From assembly GCA_046757765.1 (NCBI GenBank), contig JBHHYX010000003.1, forward strand, positions 1 through 41,485: DNA of 41,485 nt. The letters are read 5' to 3'. The translations under genes and the position numbers were made by a program. The stretch comes from Acidobacteriota bacterium. Lineage in GTDB: Bacteria > Acidobacteriota > UBA6911 > RPQK01 > JBHHYX01. Below are positions 28,461-38,600 of the stretch, in pieces; the stretch's first letter is position 1; every line of letters starts with the position of its first letter. Below the pieces are notes generated by a model, which saw only the letters and a list, made by a program, of their open reading frames with translations, was not told where the DNA came from and did not search any database.

Positions 28461-29936
28461 TCAAAACCCTGCCGTCTCGGGCCGCTGATAATGGAGGAAG
28501 CGCTGCAGGACCCTCAACTCCAGGGGGAACCGGTAAATGCGAAAGCGGTAACGCCAGGAAGAGAGGAGGCGTAGGACAATTCGCGCAAGCCCAGTCAACC
28601 TCTGGTCAGTCGTGGTGGGGTAGTAAGCATTCAAGACCTTTTCGAAGTCTCGGATTCTAGCCCAAAGGGGATCCGAAACCCAGGGGATCTGGACGCTGCG
28701 CCTTTGTGAGAATTCCATCCACTCGGGACCAATCCACTCTTCCGGCGTGCGGGGGAATTCGAACCCTTCGGCTTTGGCCTGCTCATACAAGCTGCCGGCG
28801 AGAGGAACGGGAGTATAGAGATAGAGGATGATCTCGCTGGACGGATTGCAGCGTTTGACCCGGCGAATAAAATCAAGAGTTTGAGCGGCGTCCGTCTCCG
28901 GGTCCGGGGGGCTCCCGAGGACGAACGAGAACTCTGGAACCACCCCGTAGACGGCCATTTTTTCCGCCATCAACAGGGTCTTTTCAACTGTGGCTGTTCC
29001 GCCCTTGTCCATCCGTTTCAAGACTTCGTCGGAACCGGACTCGGCACCCATGAACACCATCTTGAGTCCGCTGTCTCGGAGGAGTTGCCAGCTCCGGTCG
29101 GAGTAATTGAGCAGGGTGTCGATTCTGGACTCTCCCCACCAGGCAATGCCCAGATCGCGAATGCGCTCGGCAAACTCAGCGCTTCGAGCCTCGTGGACAA
29201 AGAAGTTGTTGTCATAGAACTCCACCGCGTTGGCCCCCCATTGGCGCACCAGATAGCGGACCGTTTCCGACGTGCGCTGGGCAGACTGGGCCAACCATCG
29301 CCCCTCCACCATGTTGACGACCGAACAGAAGTTGCAGAAGAAGGGGCAGCCATAGCTGGAATGGTGGGAGAGGGTCTTCGTCCCCAGAAAGGTGCTGCGC
29401 AAATAGCGAGAAACATCCACTCGCTGGTAGGGGAAAGCGGGCAGTTCGTCCGGATGAGGGAGAGGTGCTTTTTCATTCGCATGGATCTCACCGGTCCGGC
29501 GGTGACGGTAGGCCATGCCGGGTAAGCGGGTCGCGTCGGAACCGTTGCGGAGCGCTGCCAGCAGGTCCCTGAAAACCCACTCGCCATGGCCTCGAACCAC
29601 ATAGTCCACGTAGTCAGCGCGCAGGCAGGCTTCATAGTGTTGAGTGGGGAAGTAGCCACCCCAGACAACCGTCAAATCGGGATAGTCTTTTTTCAGTTGA
29701 CGGCACTGGGGCACGGCGTGACTGAGTTGGGGCCCAGGCATCACCGTCACTGCCAGGAGATCCGCGTTCGTCTCCTCGATCGCCCGGTGGAGAGTCGACG
29801 CCGGGTCGGATTCGAGGTTTCCATCGATGATCAGGTACTCCTCTTCTCCCTCCAGCATCGCCCCCAGGGCAAGCAGAGACATTGGCAGGACCGGCTTGCG
29901 CAAAGCGGAACTGGGAGGATTATAGAAGATCAGCAT
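28461..29936 (-). CDS. Cobalamin-binding radical SAM protein (rSAM-D)
   Basis: LPMSLLALG, VVWGGYFPT and YVVRGHGE; SSYGCPFFCNFC; FYDNNFF and MGAESGSDEVL. Confidence 0.92.
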   Translation of the reverse strand: MLIFYNPPSSALRKPVLPMSLLALGAMLEGEEEYLIIDGNLESDPASTLHRAIEETNADLLAVTVMPGPQLSHAVPQCRQLKKDYPDLTVVWGGYFPTQHYEACLRADYVDYVVRGHGEWVFRDLLAALRNGSDATRLPGMAYRHRRTGEIHANEKAPLPHPDELPAFPYQRVDVSRYLRSTFLGTKTLSHHSSYGCPFFCNFCSVVNMVEGRWLAQSAQRTSETVRYLVRQWGANAVEFYDNNFFVHEARSAEFAERIRDLGIAWWGESRIDTLLNYSDRSWQLLRDSGLKMVFMGAESGSDEVLKRMDKGGTATVEKTLLMAEKMAVYGVVPEFSFVLGSPPDPETDAAQTLDFIRRVKRCNPSSEIILYLYTPVPLAGSLYEQAKAEGFEFPRTPEEWIGPEWMEFSQRRSVQIPWVSDPLWARIRDFEKVLNAYYPTTTDQRLTGLARIVLRLLSSWRYRFRIYRFPLELRVLQRFLHYQRPETAGF

Positions 29937-30001
29937 TCCCGGCGTTCCTGAACCATAGGGCTGTCAACGGGCTGCCCCGTTTCGGGGCACGGTTGGGCCG
30001 A

Positions 30002-30098
30002 AGTGCGCGACTATGGCTCCGGGGGCCTCGGTCGTAACGCCTTGTCAACGCTTCGCTTCCGGCTCTTCGCACCGACCGGGTGTGAGAAATCCGGGTTA
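30002..30098. mobile_element. MITE-like element, family A, right-half copy
   Basis: GGCTCCGGGGGCCTCGGTCGTAACGCCTTGTCA...TGTGAGAAATCCGGGTTA matches roughly 6911-7009. Confidence 0.75.
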
Positions 30099-30143
30099 CG
30101 CACCCGCTTGCAGACTTGGATTTTGAACTTGTTCCAGCAATGA

Positions 30144-30854
30144 TTATATCGCAGGAGGCAAGACTGTCTCAGGCGATACGCGGTACAACTCCAGAACCTC
30201 ACTTCCCAAATCACGCTCCGCGACCACTTTCGCCGCCAGATTGTGAGAACGGAATTCGCTCAGGAAAGACGCCCGCTCTCCCACCGAAGAAAGAACGACC
30301 AGCGCATGTCCATCCGTCTCCAGGTGGTGTTCCAATTGGCTGGCGAAACGGCTCCCGATGTCGTCGCTTCTGAGGGCCTGGTCGAGGGCGTCACTGGGGC
30401 AACCGGCCAAATAGGGAGGATTGAACAAGACGACATCGAATTTTTCTTCGCCCACGGGCCCGAAAAGGTTCCCCTCCCGGACCTCGACGCGATCTTCGAC
30501 TCGGTTCAACAACGCGTTGATCCTTGCGCAGCGAACGGCTGCGGGATTCAGATCCACGGCAACTATTCGGTCGCAATGAAGAGCGGCAACCATGGAGGCC
30601 GCTCCTGTCCCGGTCCCCATGTCCAGCACAGAGGCCCCCGCCGGTATTGGAACTCTGTCCAGATGGTCGGCCAGAAACTCTCCCGTGAAAAAGATCTTCG
30701 GGTTGAACACTCGAGGCAGGACGAGAATCGGCCTGCCTGCAATGGTCTCCAAGACGATCCGATTCAGGCGCCGCTTTCGAAAAAGTTCGAACTGCAACAA
30801 GACGAAAAGGCGCCAGAACCTTCTTGCCCACTTCTTGTCATTTGGCCGATTCAT
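30144..30854 (-). CDS. Class I SAM-dependent methyltransferase, HemK2/PrmC-like
   Basis: VLDMGTGTG, AVDLNPAAV..ARINA, GNLF and FNPPY motif typical of amide/amine N-methyltransferases; start at 30854 or 30863. Confidence 0.85.
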   Translation of the reverse strand: MNRPNDKKWARRFWRLFVLLQFELFRKRRLNRIVLETIAGRPILVLPRVFNPKIFFTGEFLADHLDRVPIPAGASVLDMGTGTGAASMVAALHCDRIVAVDLNPAAVRCARINALLNRVEDRVEVREGNLFGPVGEEKFDVVLFNPPYLAGCPSDALDQALRSDDIGSRFASQLEHHLETDGHALVVLSSVGERASFLSEFRSHNLAAKVVAERDLGSEVLELYRVSPETVLPPAI

Positions 30855-31791
30855 GAGACGCACTTCCGACCACCAGCAGGAATTGAGCCGGTTCCCGACG
30901 TCTCAAGAGCCATGCCTTCCACGGCTTGAGAGTCCAGCGCCAGCCGTAGAAGGGCTGGATCCGGCTCCACTTCAGCGCCAGGCCGGTCTCCAGTTCTTTT
31001 AAACCATCATAGGTGAGGTAGTTTCGGCTGGGAAGGGAGTTGGAAGGGAATCCGTAGGTCTTCTCGAAATAGAGTTCCCGTTCGCGCACCATCCGCTCTC
31101 CACTGGAGCCATCGTTGTAGACCGGAGTATCCATGATGACCACCTTCCCTCCTGGAACCAAGAGACGAAGCGCCTCCCGAAGTGTGGCCTCATAGCAGGT
31201 CGAATAATGGAAAGAGGCATTGAAGATGCAGAGGTCAAACTGTTTGGACTGGAAGGGAACGTGCTCGAACTCGGCTTGAACCGGCGTGAATGGGGCATCG
31301 TAGTAAACATGGCTCCCCAGTCCGTCTTCGGCGTTGGTCAGAAGATCCACGGCAACCACCTGGTGCCCCTGCTTCGAGAGTCGGTAAGATAACCATCCAT
31401 TTCCCGCTCCCAGGTCGAGTATCCTGCTGGAGTGCCGCCGCTTGCCCTGGCTGACGGGGAGGACACGAGCCAAGAGAGTCCGGTAGCTGACGGCACGGAT
31501 TCGCCAGTTTCTCTGGAACCGCCCCGAAAGGTCCTGATAAGGGAGCGCGCGGTAGTAGCCCGGGTCTCTGGCTCCCCGTCCTTCCGCCTGGCGGATCACC
31601 TGGTATTCGCGCATGAACTGTTGGAGCGACTTCAGCCGCTCCGGCGAGAGAAAACGCCAAACTCCGCCAGTGCACGGATAGACCCTTCCACAAGAGGGGC
31701 ACCTTTTGCGACCGGGTTCATTTCCGTCCAAGCTCCTGCCGCAGTGGGGACAACTCCACATCCAGTGGTCGGTGACGCTTGCCTGACTCAT
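30838..31791 (-). CDS. Class I SAM-dependent methyltransferase with N-terminal zinc-ribbon (Trm112-like) segment
   Basis: CPHC..CPSC N-terminus, ILDLGAGNGW, FDLCIFNASFHY and LLVPGG; overlaps both neighbours. Confidence 0.85.
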   Translation of the reverse strand: MSQASVTDHWMWSCPHCGRSLDGNEPGRKRCPSCGRVYPCTGGVWRFLSPERLKSLQQFMREYQVIRQAEGRGARDPGYYRALPYQDLSGRFQRNWRIRAVSYRTLLARVLPVSQGKRRHSSRILDLGAGNGWLSYRLSKQGHQVVAVDLLTNAEDGLGSHVYYDAPFTPVQAEFEHVPFQSKQFDLCIFNASFHYSTCYEATLREALRLLVPGGKVVIMDTPVYNDGSSGERMVRERELYFEKTYGFPSNSLPSRNYLTYDGLKELETGLALKWSRIQPFYGWRWTLKPWKAWLLRRREPAQFLLVVGSASHESAK

Positions 31792-33059
31792 TTTGATCGG
31801 GATCGGCCTGAGGGGGCATCGGGAGACCCAACCAAGGCGCGCCTTGGCTCGCCCGTTTGCAGGAAATCTTCCACGGCGTTCAGGAGCAGATCGATGTGGC
31901 GGGTGTCATTAAAGAAGTGGCAGGAGACTCTCAATCCCCCCACATTTGACGTATAACGGAGCGAAATCAGGATGTTTCGGTCGAGCAGATACTCTTGCAA
32001 GGCGAGTTCTCTGGCCCTCTCTTCCAGGCCGAAGGTGACGATCCCCGATCGGCATTGGGGATCCAGCGGCGTGACCATCGAAACGGACAGATCTTTCAAG
32101 CCTCGAATCAAGTGATCCGTCAGGTTTCGAATCCGGGATTCAATCTCCGCGGTTCCCAACTCGTTTATGAGGTGCAGCGAGGCGGCCAATCCCACTGCAC
32201 CCGGGTAATTTCCGGTTCCACCATTCTCAAAGAGCCGGGCGCCCTCCGTGAAGGAGATCGGCGTCAAGGGGGAAGCGGACGGGTTTTGAAAATGGGCCGA
32301 CCACCCGCCTGATGGAGGGTCCAGAGCGAGATAGCCGGAGAGAGGAGATTTGAGCCGATCCCGAAGGGACCTCCGGATGAAGAGCAACCCAGTGCCAAAG
32401 GGGGAGTTGAGCCACTTGTGTCCGCCACAGCTCACAATGTCGACCGGCGTTTGTCGCGTGTCAAGCGGGAAAGCGCCCAGTTGCTGGACTGCGTCGACCA
32501 CCAGGAGAACGCCGCGCCCACGGCACAGTTGCGCCAGGCCATCCAGGTCGATGCGAAAGCCGTTACACCACTGCACCGAACTGACCACTACTGCCCGCGT
32601 TCGCGCGTCCATCCTCTTCTCAAAATCAGAGGGGAGCAACTCCCCGTTTCGATGGCCCACCAGGCGGATTTCCGGACGGATTCCGTCCCCGGGCTGGCGC
32701 CATGGGAGGGGCACCTGAATGAACTCCAGATCTGAAATCAGGATGTTGTCCCCGCTTTCCATGGGCAAGGCCCGGGCCACGATCGACAGCCCATGTGTCG
32801 TGCTCTCGACCAGGGCAACTTCATCCGGAAGGGCCGCAATCAGCCTGGCGGCTTCGAGACGGGCAGCCTCCATCGAGGAGTCCAGGGCCAGGTGGTGAAG
32901 CGTGGCGGAACGCGACGGGCAGAGCATGACCTCTTGCAGGAAGTCTGAAACAGCCGTGACTGCCCGGCGGGGCGCCAGGCTGACACAGGCTGCGTCCAGG
33001 AAAACCTTCCTCTCCAGGGCAGGGAACTGGCCGCCGACATTCTCGATGGATATTTTCAT
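31788..33059 (-). CDS. Class V PLP-dependent enzyme (aminotransferase/lyase/epimerase type)
   Basis: FLDAACVS, VESTTHGL, VVDAVQQLG, PLP-lysine CGGHKWL, FENGGT and LRVSCHFFN; start at ATG 33059. Confidence 0.88.
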   Translation of the reverse strand: MKISIENVGGQFPALERKVFLDAACVSLAPRRAVTAVSDFLQEVMLCPSRSATLHHLALDSSMEAARLEAARLIAALPDEVALVESTTHGLSIVARALPMESGDNILISDLEFIQVPLPWRQPGDGIRPEIRLVGHRNGELLPSDFEKRMDARTRAVVVSSVQWCNGFRIDLDGLAQLCRGRGVLLVVDAVQQLGAFPLDTRQTPVDIVSCGGHKWLNSPFGTGLLFIRRSLRDRLKSPLSGYLALDPPSGGWSAHFQNPSASPLTPISFTEGARLFENGGTGNYPGAVGLAASLHLINELGTAEIESRIRNLTDHLIRGLKDLSVSMVTPLDPQCRSGIVTFGLEERARELALQEYLLDRNILISLRYTSNVGGLRVSCHFFNDTRHIDLLLNAVEDFLQTGEPRRALVGSPDAPSGRSRSK

Positions 33060-33130
33060 TCTAATGATTCTCGCAGCGCCGATCCCAACCGCTCGCGGCC
33101 CGACGCGGGCCTCTCTCGACACAAGTTACC

Positions 33131-33238
33131 CCTATGCCGCCCCTTCAGGGCTTCTTTGTCTCGAGCAGCTCACCACCCAGGGCGTTGCCCTGGGCTGACC
33201 TATGCTGCCCCGTTGGGGCAGGGGGCAAATCCGGGTAA
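33131..33238. repeat. REP-like tri-hairpin unit ending in a family-A-type terminus
   Basis: CCTATGCCGCCCCTTCAGGGC and CCTATGCTGCCCCGTTGGGGC flank the palindrome CCCAGGGCGTTGCCCTGGG; followed by AAATCCGGGTAA. Confidence 0.7.
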
Positions 33239-33355
33239 AGGCCGCAATCTCTCATGATGCCACAAGTAAGGGGGAGCCAGTTCCCTCCCGGGAAAGCGGG
33301 TCGACCTCGCCCACTCCGAGTGCGGGGACACTGGAATCGAAGGGGAGAGGAGCTG

Positions 33356-35017
33356 TCAGGAGCTTTCCGCGATCCTAAAGCCGTCGTTGGCCGTCACAAC
33401 TTCATTTCCTACCCGGTCCCGGATCTCGACTTCGACCCGATACTCACCCGCCTCCAACCCTTTGAGAGAGATGCCTTTGATCAGGGCGATGCGCTTTTCC
33501 GAATAGATATGCAGCGATCGGTTGCTTTCGTCCACCAGCTCGAGCACCGTCTTCCCGTTCTGCCGGACTCTGTAAGTCACGTCGAGATCGGGTTGGAGCG
33601 AACTCTGGTCGAGCGCGGCGTTGTAGAGCTGCAGGTAAAGGCCCAGCGCCCCGTCGCGGGGAAAGGTCTTGTCCGTTGCCGGACGGACCTTGACGTCGCC
33701 CAGGACAAACATCTGGCGAGTCGCGGGCACCGAGCCAAGTTGCTCGATAAAATCCGCCAGAACCAGAGAACTCAGCGCCATCTGCCCACTCGGGAAGCGA
33801 GGGGGGGCCAGACCGCGGTCTACGACTCCCATGTTCCCGCCTCCAATGTCTTTGGCCACCAGGCTCACCTTATGGCGCATCCCGGCATCCAGTACAAGGA
33901 GCTTTTGATAGAGGGTCTTTCCTTTCAAACCCCGCTCCAGGTCTTGGGGCTGAAAAGAGGTGACCAGGTCGTCTTCAAACTCGGTCACCACCTTGTTGGT
34001 CAGGCTGCTGACGATCCCATAGACAGCGATCTTCGCCCTTTGCACTCCATTCTCGAGCTCGAAGGTCAGATTCTTGTTCTGGAACTCGAGCGTCACCGGG
34101 ACCAGGACCTGCCTGTCGTTCAGTCTGAAATAGTCCTGGCGGACGGTAAAGGGGAAATCCTGGTAACGAATCTTAATCTGGACCGCTTCGCGCAGATCCC
34201 TGTATTTCAGGGTCGCCGGTGCCCGAACCTTGGCGAAAGTCTCATAGCGGGCAAAAATGGAATCTTTGGCCCGGTGTTGCATCAACGGATAGATCTCTCG
34301 ATTGGCACCACTCATTCTCAACTGCATGCGCTGAAACTTGGTGGCGAGACCGATCTGTTCAGCTTTGGTCATCCCCATACCGGGTGCGTTCAAAAGGGCA
34401 TCCTTCTCGTCGGCGGTCAGGGCCAGACGATAATCCCCCGTCCAGGTCTTATCGACGAACTCCAACTCGACGTCGTCTCCCAGGTCGTTGATGTGGCGAT
34501 AGCGCCACACCTCGAAAGGATAGGTAGCGGTGGCGCCGCCTCCTTCGTAAATGGGCCGGTCGTAGCCGCCGCCCGAAGGATGGCGCTCGATTTCCGCGGG
34601 TGGGCCCTGGATGATGTAAACCCGACCGCGATCCGTCATCCATCCGGCAAAACCGCTGCCGAAGTGGTCGTTGGCATAAACGATTCGCCGGTAGTGCTCT
34701 TCCTTGAACTCGTTCAGCGTCGTCCTGGGATCGGGGTCGCGCCTGGACCAGAATTGTTCAATAAACTGCTCTTTCTCCTCAGTCGTCGTCAATTTCCGGA
34801 AGATGTTTTTTTCTTCATCCGTGATGATGTACTTGACGTCTTCTTCGAGCCACTTCTGAAAATAGTCACCCTGTTCCTCTTGTCGGGTAGAGGCCTGCTT
34901 CCGGTCGCTTTTCTTCTTCCCCTTCTCAGTGGCCGTCTCCCTTGCCGCCGCTTGCAACGGGCCACTACCCAAGAGGAAAACGCTCAAGAACAGGGTGACG
35001 GCATAAACATTCTTCAT
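33356..35017 (-). CDS. GWxTD domain-containing secreted protein
   Basis: Signal peptide, KWLEEDVKYIIT, FIEQFWSRRDPDP, EEHYRRIVYAN and GWMTDRGRVYI signature; beta-rich C-terminal domains; start at ATG 35017. Confidence 0.9.
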   Translation of the reverse strand: MKNVYAVTLFLSVFLLGSGPLQAAARETATEKGKKKSDRKQASTRQEEQGDYFQKWLEEDVKYIITDEEKNIFRKLTTTEEKEQFIEQFWSRRDPDPRTTLNEFKEEHYRRIVYANDHFGSGFAGWMTDRGRVYIIQGPPAEIERHPSGGGYDRPIYEGGGATATYPFEVWRYRHINDLGDDVELEFVDKTWTGDYRLALTADEKDALLNAPGMGMTKAEQIGLATKFQRMQLRMSGANREIYPLMQHRAKDSIFARYETFAKVRAPATLKYRDLREAVQIKIRYQDFPFTVRQDYFRLNDRQVLVPVTLEFQNKNLTFELENGVQRAKIAVYGIVSSLTNKVVTEFEDDLVTSFQPQDLERGLKGKTLYQKLLVLDAGMRHKVSLVAKDIGGGNMGVVDRGLAPPRFPSGQMALSSLVLADFIEQLGSVPATRQMFVLGDVKVRPATDKTFPRDGALGLYLQLYNAALDQSSLQPDLDVTYRVRQNGKTVLELVDESNRSLHIYSEKRIALIKGISLKGLEAGEYRVEVEIRDRVGNEVVTANDGFRIAESS

Positions 35018-35481
35018 GACATTCAGCTTAACCTCCGGGAAAGGACACCAAAGAGGCCCATCGCGTCCATCACCTTTTCGCGCCATCGCAGACCGCCGCT
35101 TTCCGTTGGTGCAACGCTTCCGGGCAGGGGGCCTTCCTCAAGCGACTTCAGTTGTCGACTGATTCAGTATACTCCGAGCCCGGAGAGCCGTGCGGGAAGA
35201 ATGCGAGTTACGATCCCCTCAATTGTTTTTTCTGGACTCTTACGGGCTCCAGGGTTCAAAATATTCGGCGAAAAGGGAAGTGGGGTCTTTGACTCGAGAC
35301 GGCCTCCAATTGGCGACTCCTCTGGTTTTGGGCACCGTTCACGGACGAAAAGAGAGCCTTCAATTTTCTGGACGGGTATCCATTTATTTGGATGATCGAC
35401 TTTGCATAAACTCGTGGAAAATGCATAGTGACGGTTGCAAGTGGCTATGTGGAAAATACTTAGGCCAGGTGGGTGTTTGTA

Positions 35482-35497
35482 TGGAACACAAATTGCT
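35482..35497 (+). promoter_or_regulatory. Putative sigma54 (-24/-12) promoter for the TonB-dependent receptor
   Basis: TGGAAC-ACAAA-TTGCT matches TGGCAC-N5-TTGCW with exact GG-N10-GC spacing, about 110 bp upstream of the start in an AT-rich intergenic region. Confidence 0.6.
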
Positions 35498-35608
35498 GCT
35501 CCGTGAGTGGTCGTATTAGTTTGCAGATATTGCTGAGGAGAGTTGTCTGCTCCAAGCAGTTCCAGCTTCAAGAGTATGCAAAGGATCATTTTGAAGGAGG
35601 AGGATAGA

Positions 35609-38600
35609 ATGAAGGGGACGTTGAGCAAAGGATTGTTTCTGCTACTGGCCTTGGTGGTGGCGGTAAGCTGTCCGTCCTACCTGGGTGCCCAGGCCGTTTA
35701 CGGGACGATTATCGGAACTGTGAGTGACGAGACCGGGGGCGTGCTCCCGGGCGCTGAAGTCACTATTACGAATGTCGGGCAAGGCACCGCCTGGACCCTC
35801 ACCACGGACTCAGCGGGCAACTTCCGAAAGGAGCGACTGGTTCCGGGAAGCGAATATACCGTCAAGGTGTCGCTGCCTGGATTCAAGACCTACACTCAGG
35901 AAAACGTCACCGTCAACACGGATGCGGTTGTCGATCTGAAGATCACTCTGCCTCTCGGTGAAATCACGGAGCAGGTCACCGTAACCGGAGCAACCACGGC
36001 GCTGATGAAGACGGAGAAGACGGATGTGGCAGTCGCCTTCACGGAGAGGGAACTGGAAGAGCTGCCGATATTCCAACGCAACTTCACCCAGTTTCTGCTT
36101 CTCTCTCCCGGCACCCAGAGTCTGGCCTGGCAACACGCTTCCAGTGAGAACCCCCAGGGCAGCAAGCAGATCATGGTCAACGGCCAGCACTTCAGCGGCA
36201 CAGGTTTCCAGTTGGATGGGACCAGCAACCGGGATCCGATTCTGGGCATCATTGTCATCAACCCCACTCTGGAAGGAGTCACCGAAGCCAAGGTCACAAC
36301 CCAGAACTACGACGCGGAGTTCGGCCAGGCCACGGCCGGAGTGGTGACCGCCCAGACCAAGTCGGGAACCAACACTTTCCATGGCAGCGCGTTCATATTC
36401 CGGCGCAATGACGATCTGATGGCTCGAAATCCCTTTTCTCAGAGCAACCCTCTGAGTGCCGACGAGCCGAACAAATTCATTCCCGACACCTTGTGGGACC
36501 AGTTCGGGGGGTCCATTGGCGGCCCCATTGTCAAGGACAAGGCCTTTTTCTTCTTCGACTATCAGGGGACGCGGCGCAAGAACGGCGGCTCGGTGTTGAC
36601 CACGGTGCCCACGCTGGCGGCCCGGGACGGCGATTTGAGCGAATATATCGCCGCCACCGGAAGGCCCATTTTTGACCCCTTGACCGGAGATGCGACAACG
36701 GGCGCCGGTCGCCAGGAGTTTGCGGGTGGAGTCATTCCCACCAATCGACTCTCTCCCCAGGCGTTGAACCTGATTCGCCAACTGCCTCTTCCCAACCTGC
36801 CGGGAATTGAAAACAACTTCTCGACGGGGGGGATTGAGGCCTTTGACGATGACGCCTTCAATGTGCGCGGGGACTGGGCCTATACGGATAACCTTCACAT
36901 CTTTGGACGCTACAGCTTTGCCGATTTCGACCGTAAGGGACCCGGCGCCTTCGGTGAGGTGCTGGGGGGGCCCGCCTTCGACAATATCTTCTTTGCCGGT
37001 GCCTCCAGTGTCCGCAATCAGAGTGTGGCGGCCGGTTTCGACCATGTGCTCAGCCCCACTCTTCTGACCGACTTCCGGTTCGGATTCTTCCGTTACTTTG
37101 TTCAGGTCCTTCCGGGAGGTGTGGGCACAACTCCCGCCGCTGATGCGGGGATCCCCAACCTGAACAGTGTCCCGGGTTTGAATCAGGATCCGATCTTCAC
37201 TTCGGGGATGCCTTTTTTCGATATTCAGGGCACGGGCGGATTTCGGCTGGGCTACTCGCTGGGCGCCAACCAGTGCAACTGCCCGCTGACGGAATCCGAA
37301 CAGCAATGGCAGGTGGTCAACAACTGGATCATGAGCCGCGGAGAACACACCTATAAGTTCGGGGCCGACATCCGCTGGGCCCAGAACCTGAGGGTTCCCA
37401 GCGACAGCCACCGGGCCGGCGAACTGTTCTTCAAACCTGAACGGACCCAGGGCGACGTCGGTGGCGGTCTCGGCATCGCCTCCTTTCTGGTTGGGGACGT
37501 CTCGTCTTTCGGCCGTTTTGTGAGTGAAACCACCGATGCCAAGGAGCGCCAGAAGCGGTGGTTCTTCTACGGCCAGGACACCTGGAAAGTGAACCCCAAG
37601 CTGACCGTCAACTATGGACTGCGCTGGGAGATCTACTTTCCCGAAAAAGTGACCCAGGACGGCAGCGGCGGCAACTTCGACCCGGCTACGGGCAACATCG
37701 AAGTGCTCGGAATCGGGGGGATCAGCCGGGATGGCAACATCAAGAACCGGTTCACCAACATCGCGCCGCGGCTGGGTGTCACCTATCAACTGAGTCCCAA
37801 GACGGTGTTGCGGATGGGGTACGGCAGGAGTTATGACCTGGGAGTCTTTGGGTCCACCTTCGGCCATGCCGTGACCCAGAATCTACCGGTGCTGGCCCAG
37901 CAGAACCTGAACCCGGCGGCCAATTTCGAGAGCGTCTTCAATCTTGCGGATGGACCGGAGACACCGCCCTTCCCCTCGCCGGACCGAACGGGTCTCCTGA
38001 AAGCGCCCGACGGCGTGGCCCTGTTTGTCCGGCCGCGCAAGACCCGAATCCCCACTCTCGATGCCTGGAACATCACGCTGCAGCATGAAATGCGGGGGGA
38101 TATGGCATGGGAGGTTGCCTACGTCGGCAACAAGGGCACCCACGTCTTCGCCGGCGACGGTCCCGACTACAACTTCAACCAGCCTATTATCGACGGTTTT
38201 ACCGACGGGATTTCCAGCAATGACCGAAAGCCCTTCTTTGCCGGCCCGATCAGGGGGTTTGGCGGTCCCTTCGGCCTGAGCCAGGGGTTTCGCTATTTTG
38301 GCAACGACGCCTCCAACAACTACAATGCCCTGCAGGCCAAGTTCGACAAGCGCTTCTCCAGCGGCTGGACTCTTCTGGCCCACTACACTTTGGCTCGGTC
38401 GTACAACTACGATGGCAGCTACTACATCTGGAGTGCGCCGCTGGCCTATGGACCGGCCAACACCGACCGGAAAAGCGTCCTGGTGCTGAACAGTCTGGTG
38501 GAGTTGCCGTTTGGGAGAGGCAAGCGCTTTGGGTCTGATGTCTCCAGAGGTCTGGATGCCCTGATTGGAGGCTGGCAGGTGAATTTCACCACCAACTGGA

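Noticed and set aside
19915-33059. RiPP interpretation of the radical SAM cluster
   Set aside because: No convincing precursor peptide, RRE domain, peptidase/ABC exporter or SPASM domain seen; the intergenic gaps are occupied by repeats. A distant precursor cannot be excluded.
33254-35395. 713-aa plus-strand ORF
   Set aside because: Antisense shadow of the GWxTD gene.
35810-37867. 685-aa minus-strand ORF
   Set aside because: Antisense shadow of the TonB-dependent receptor.
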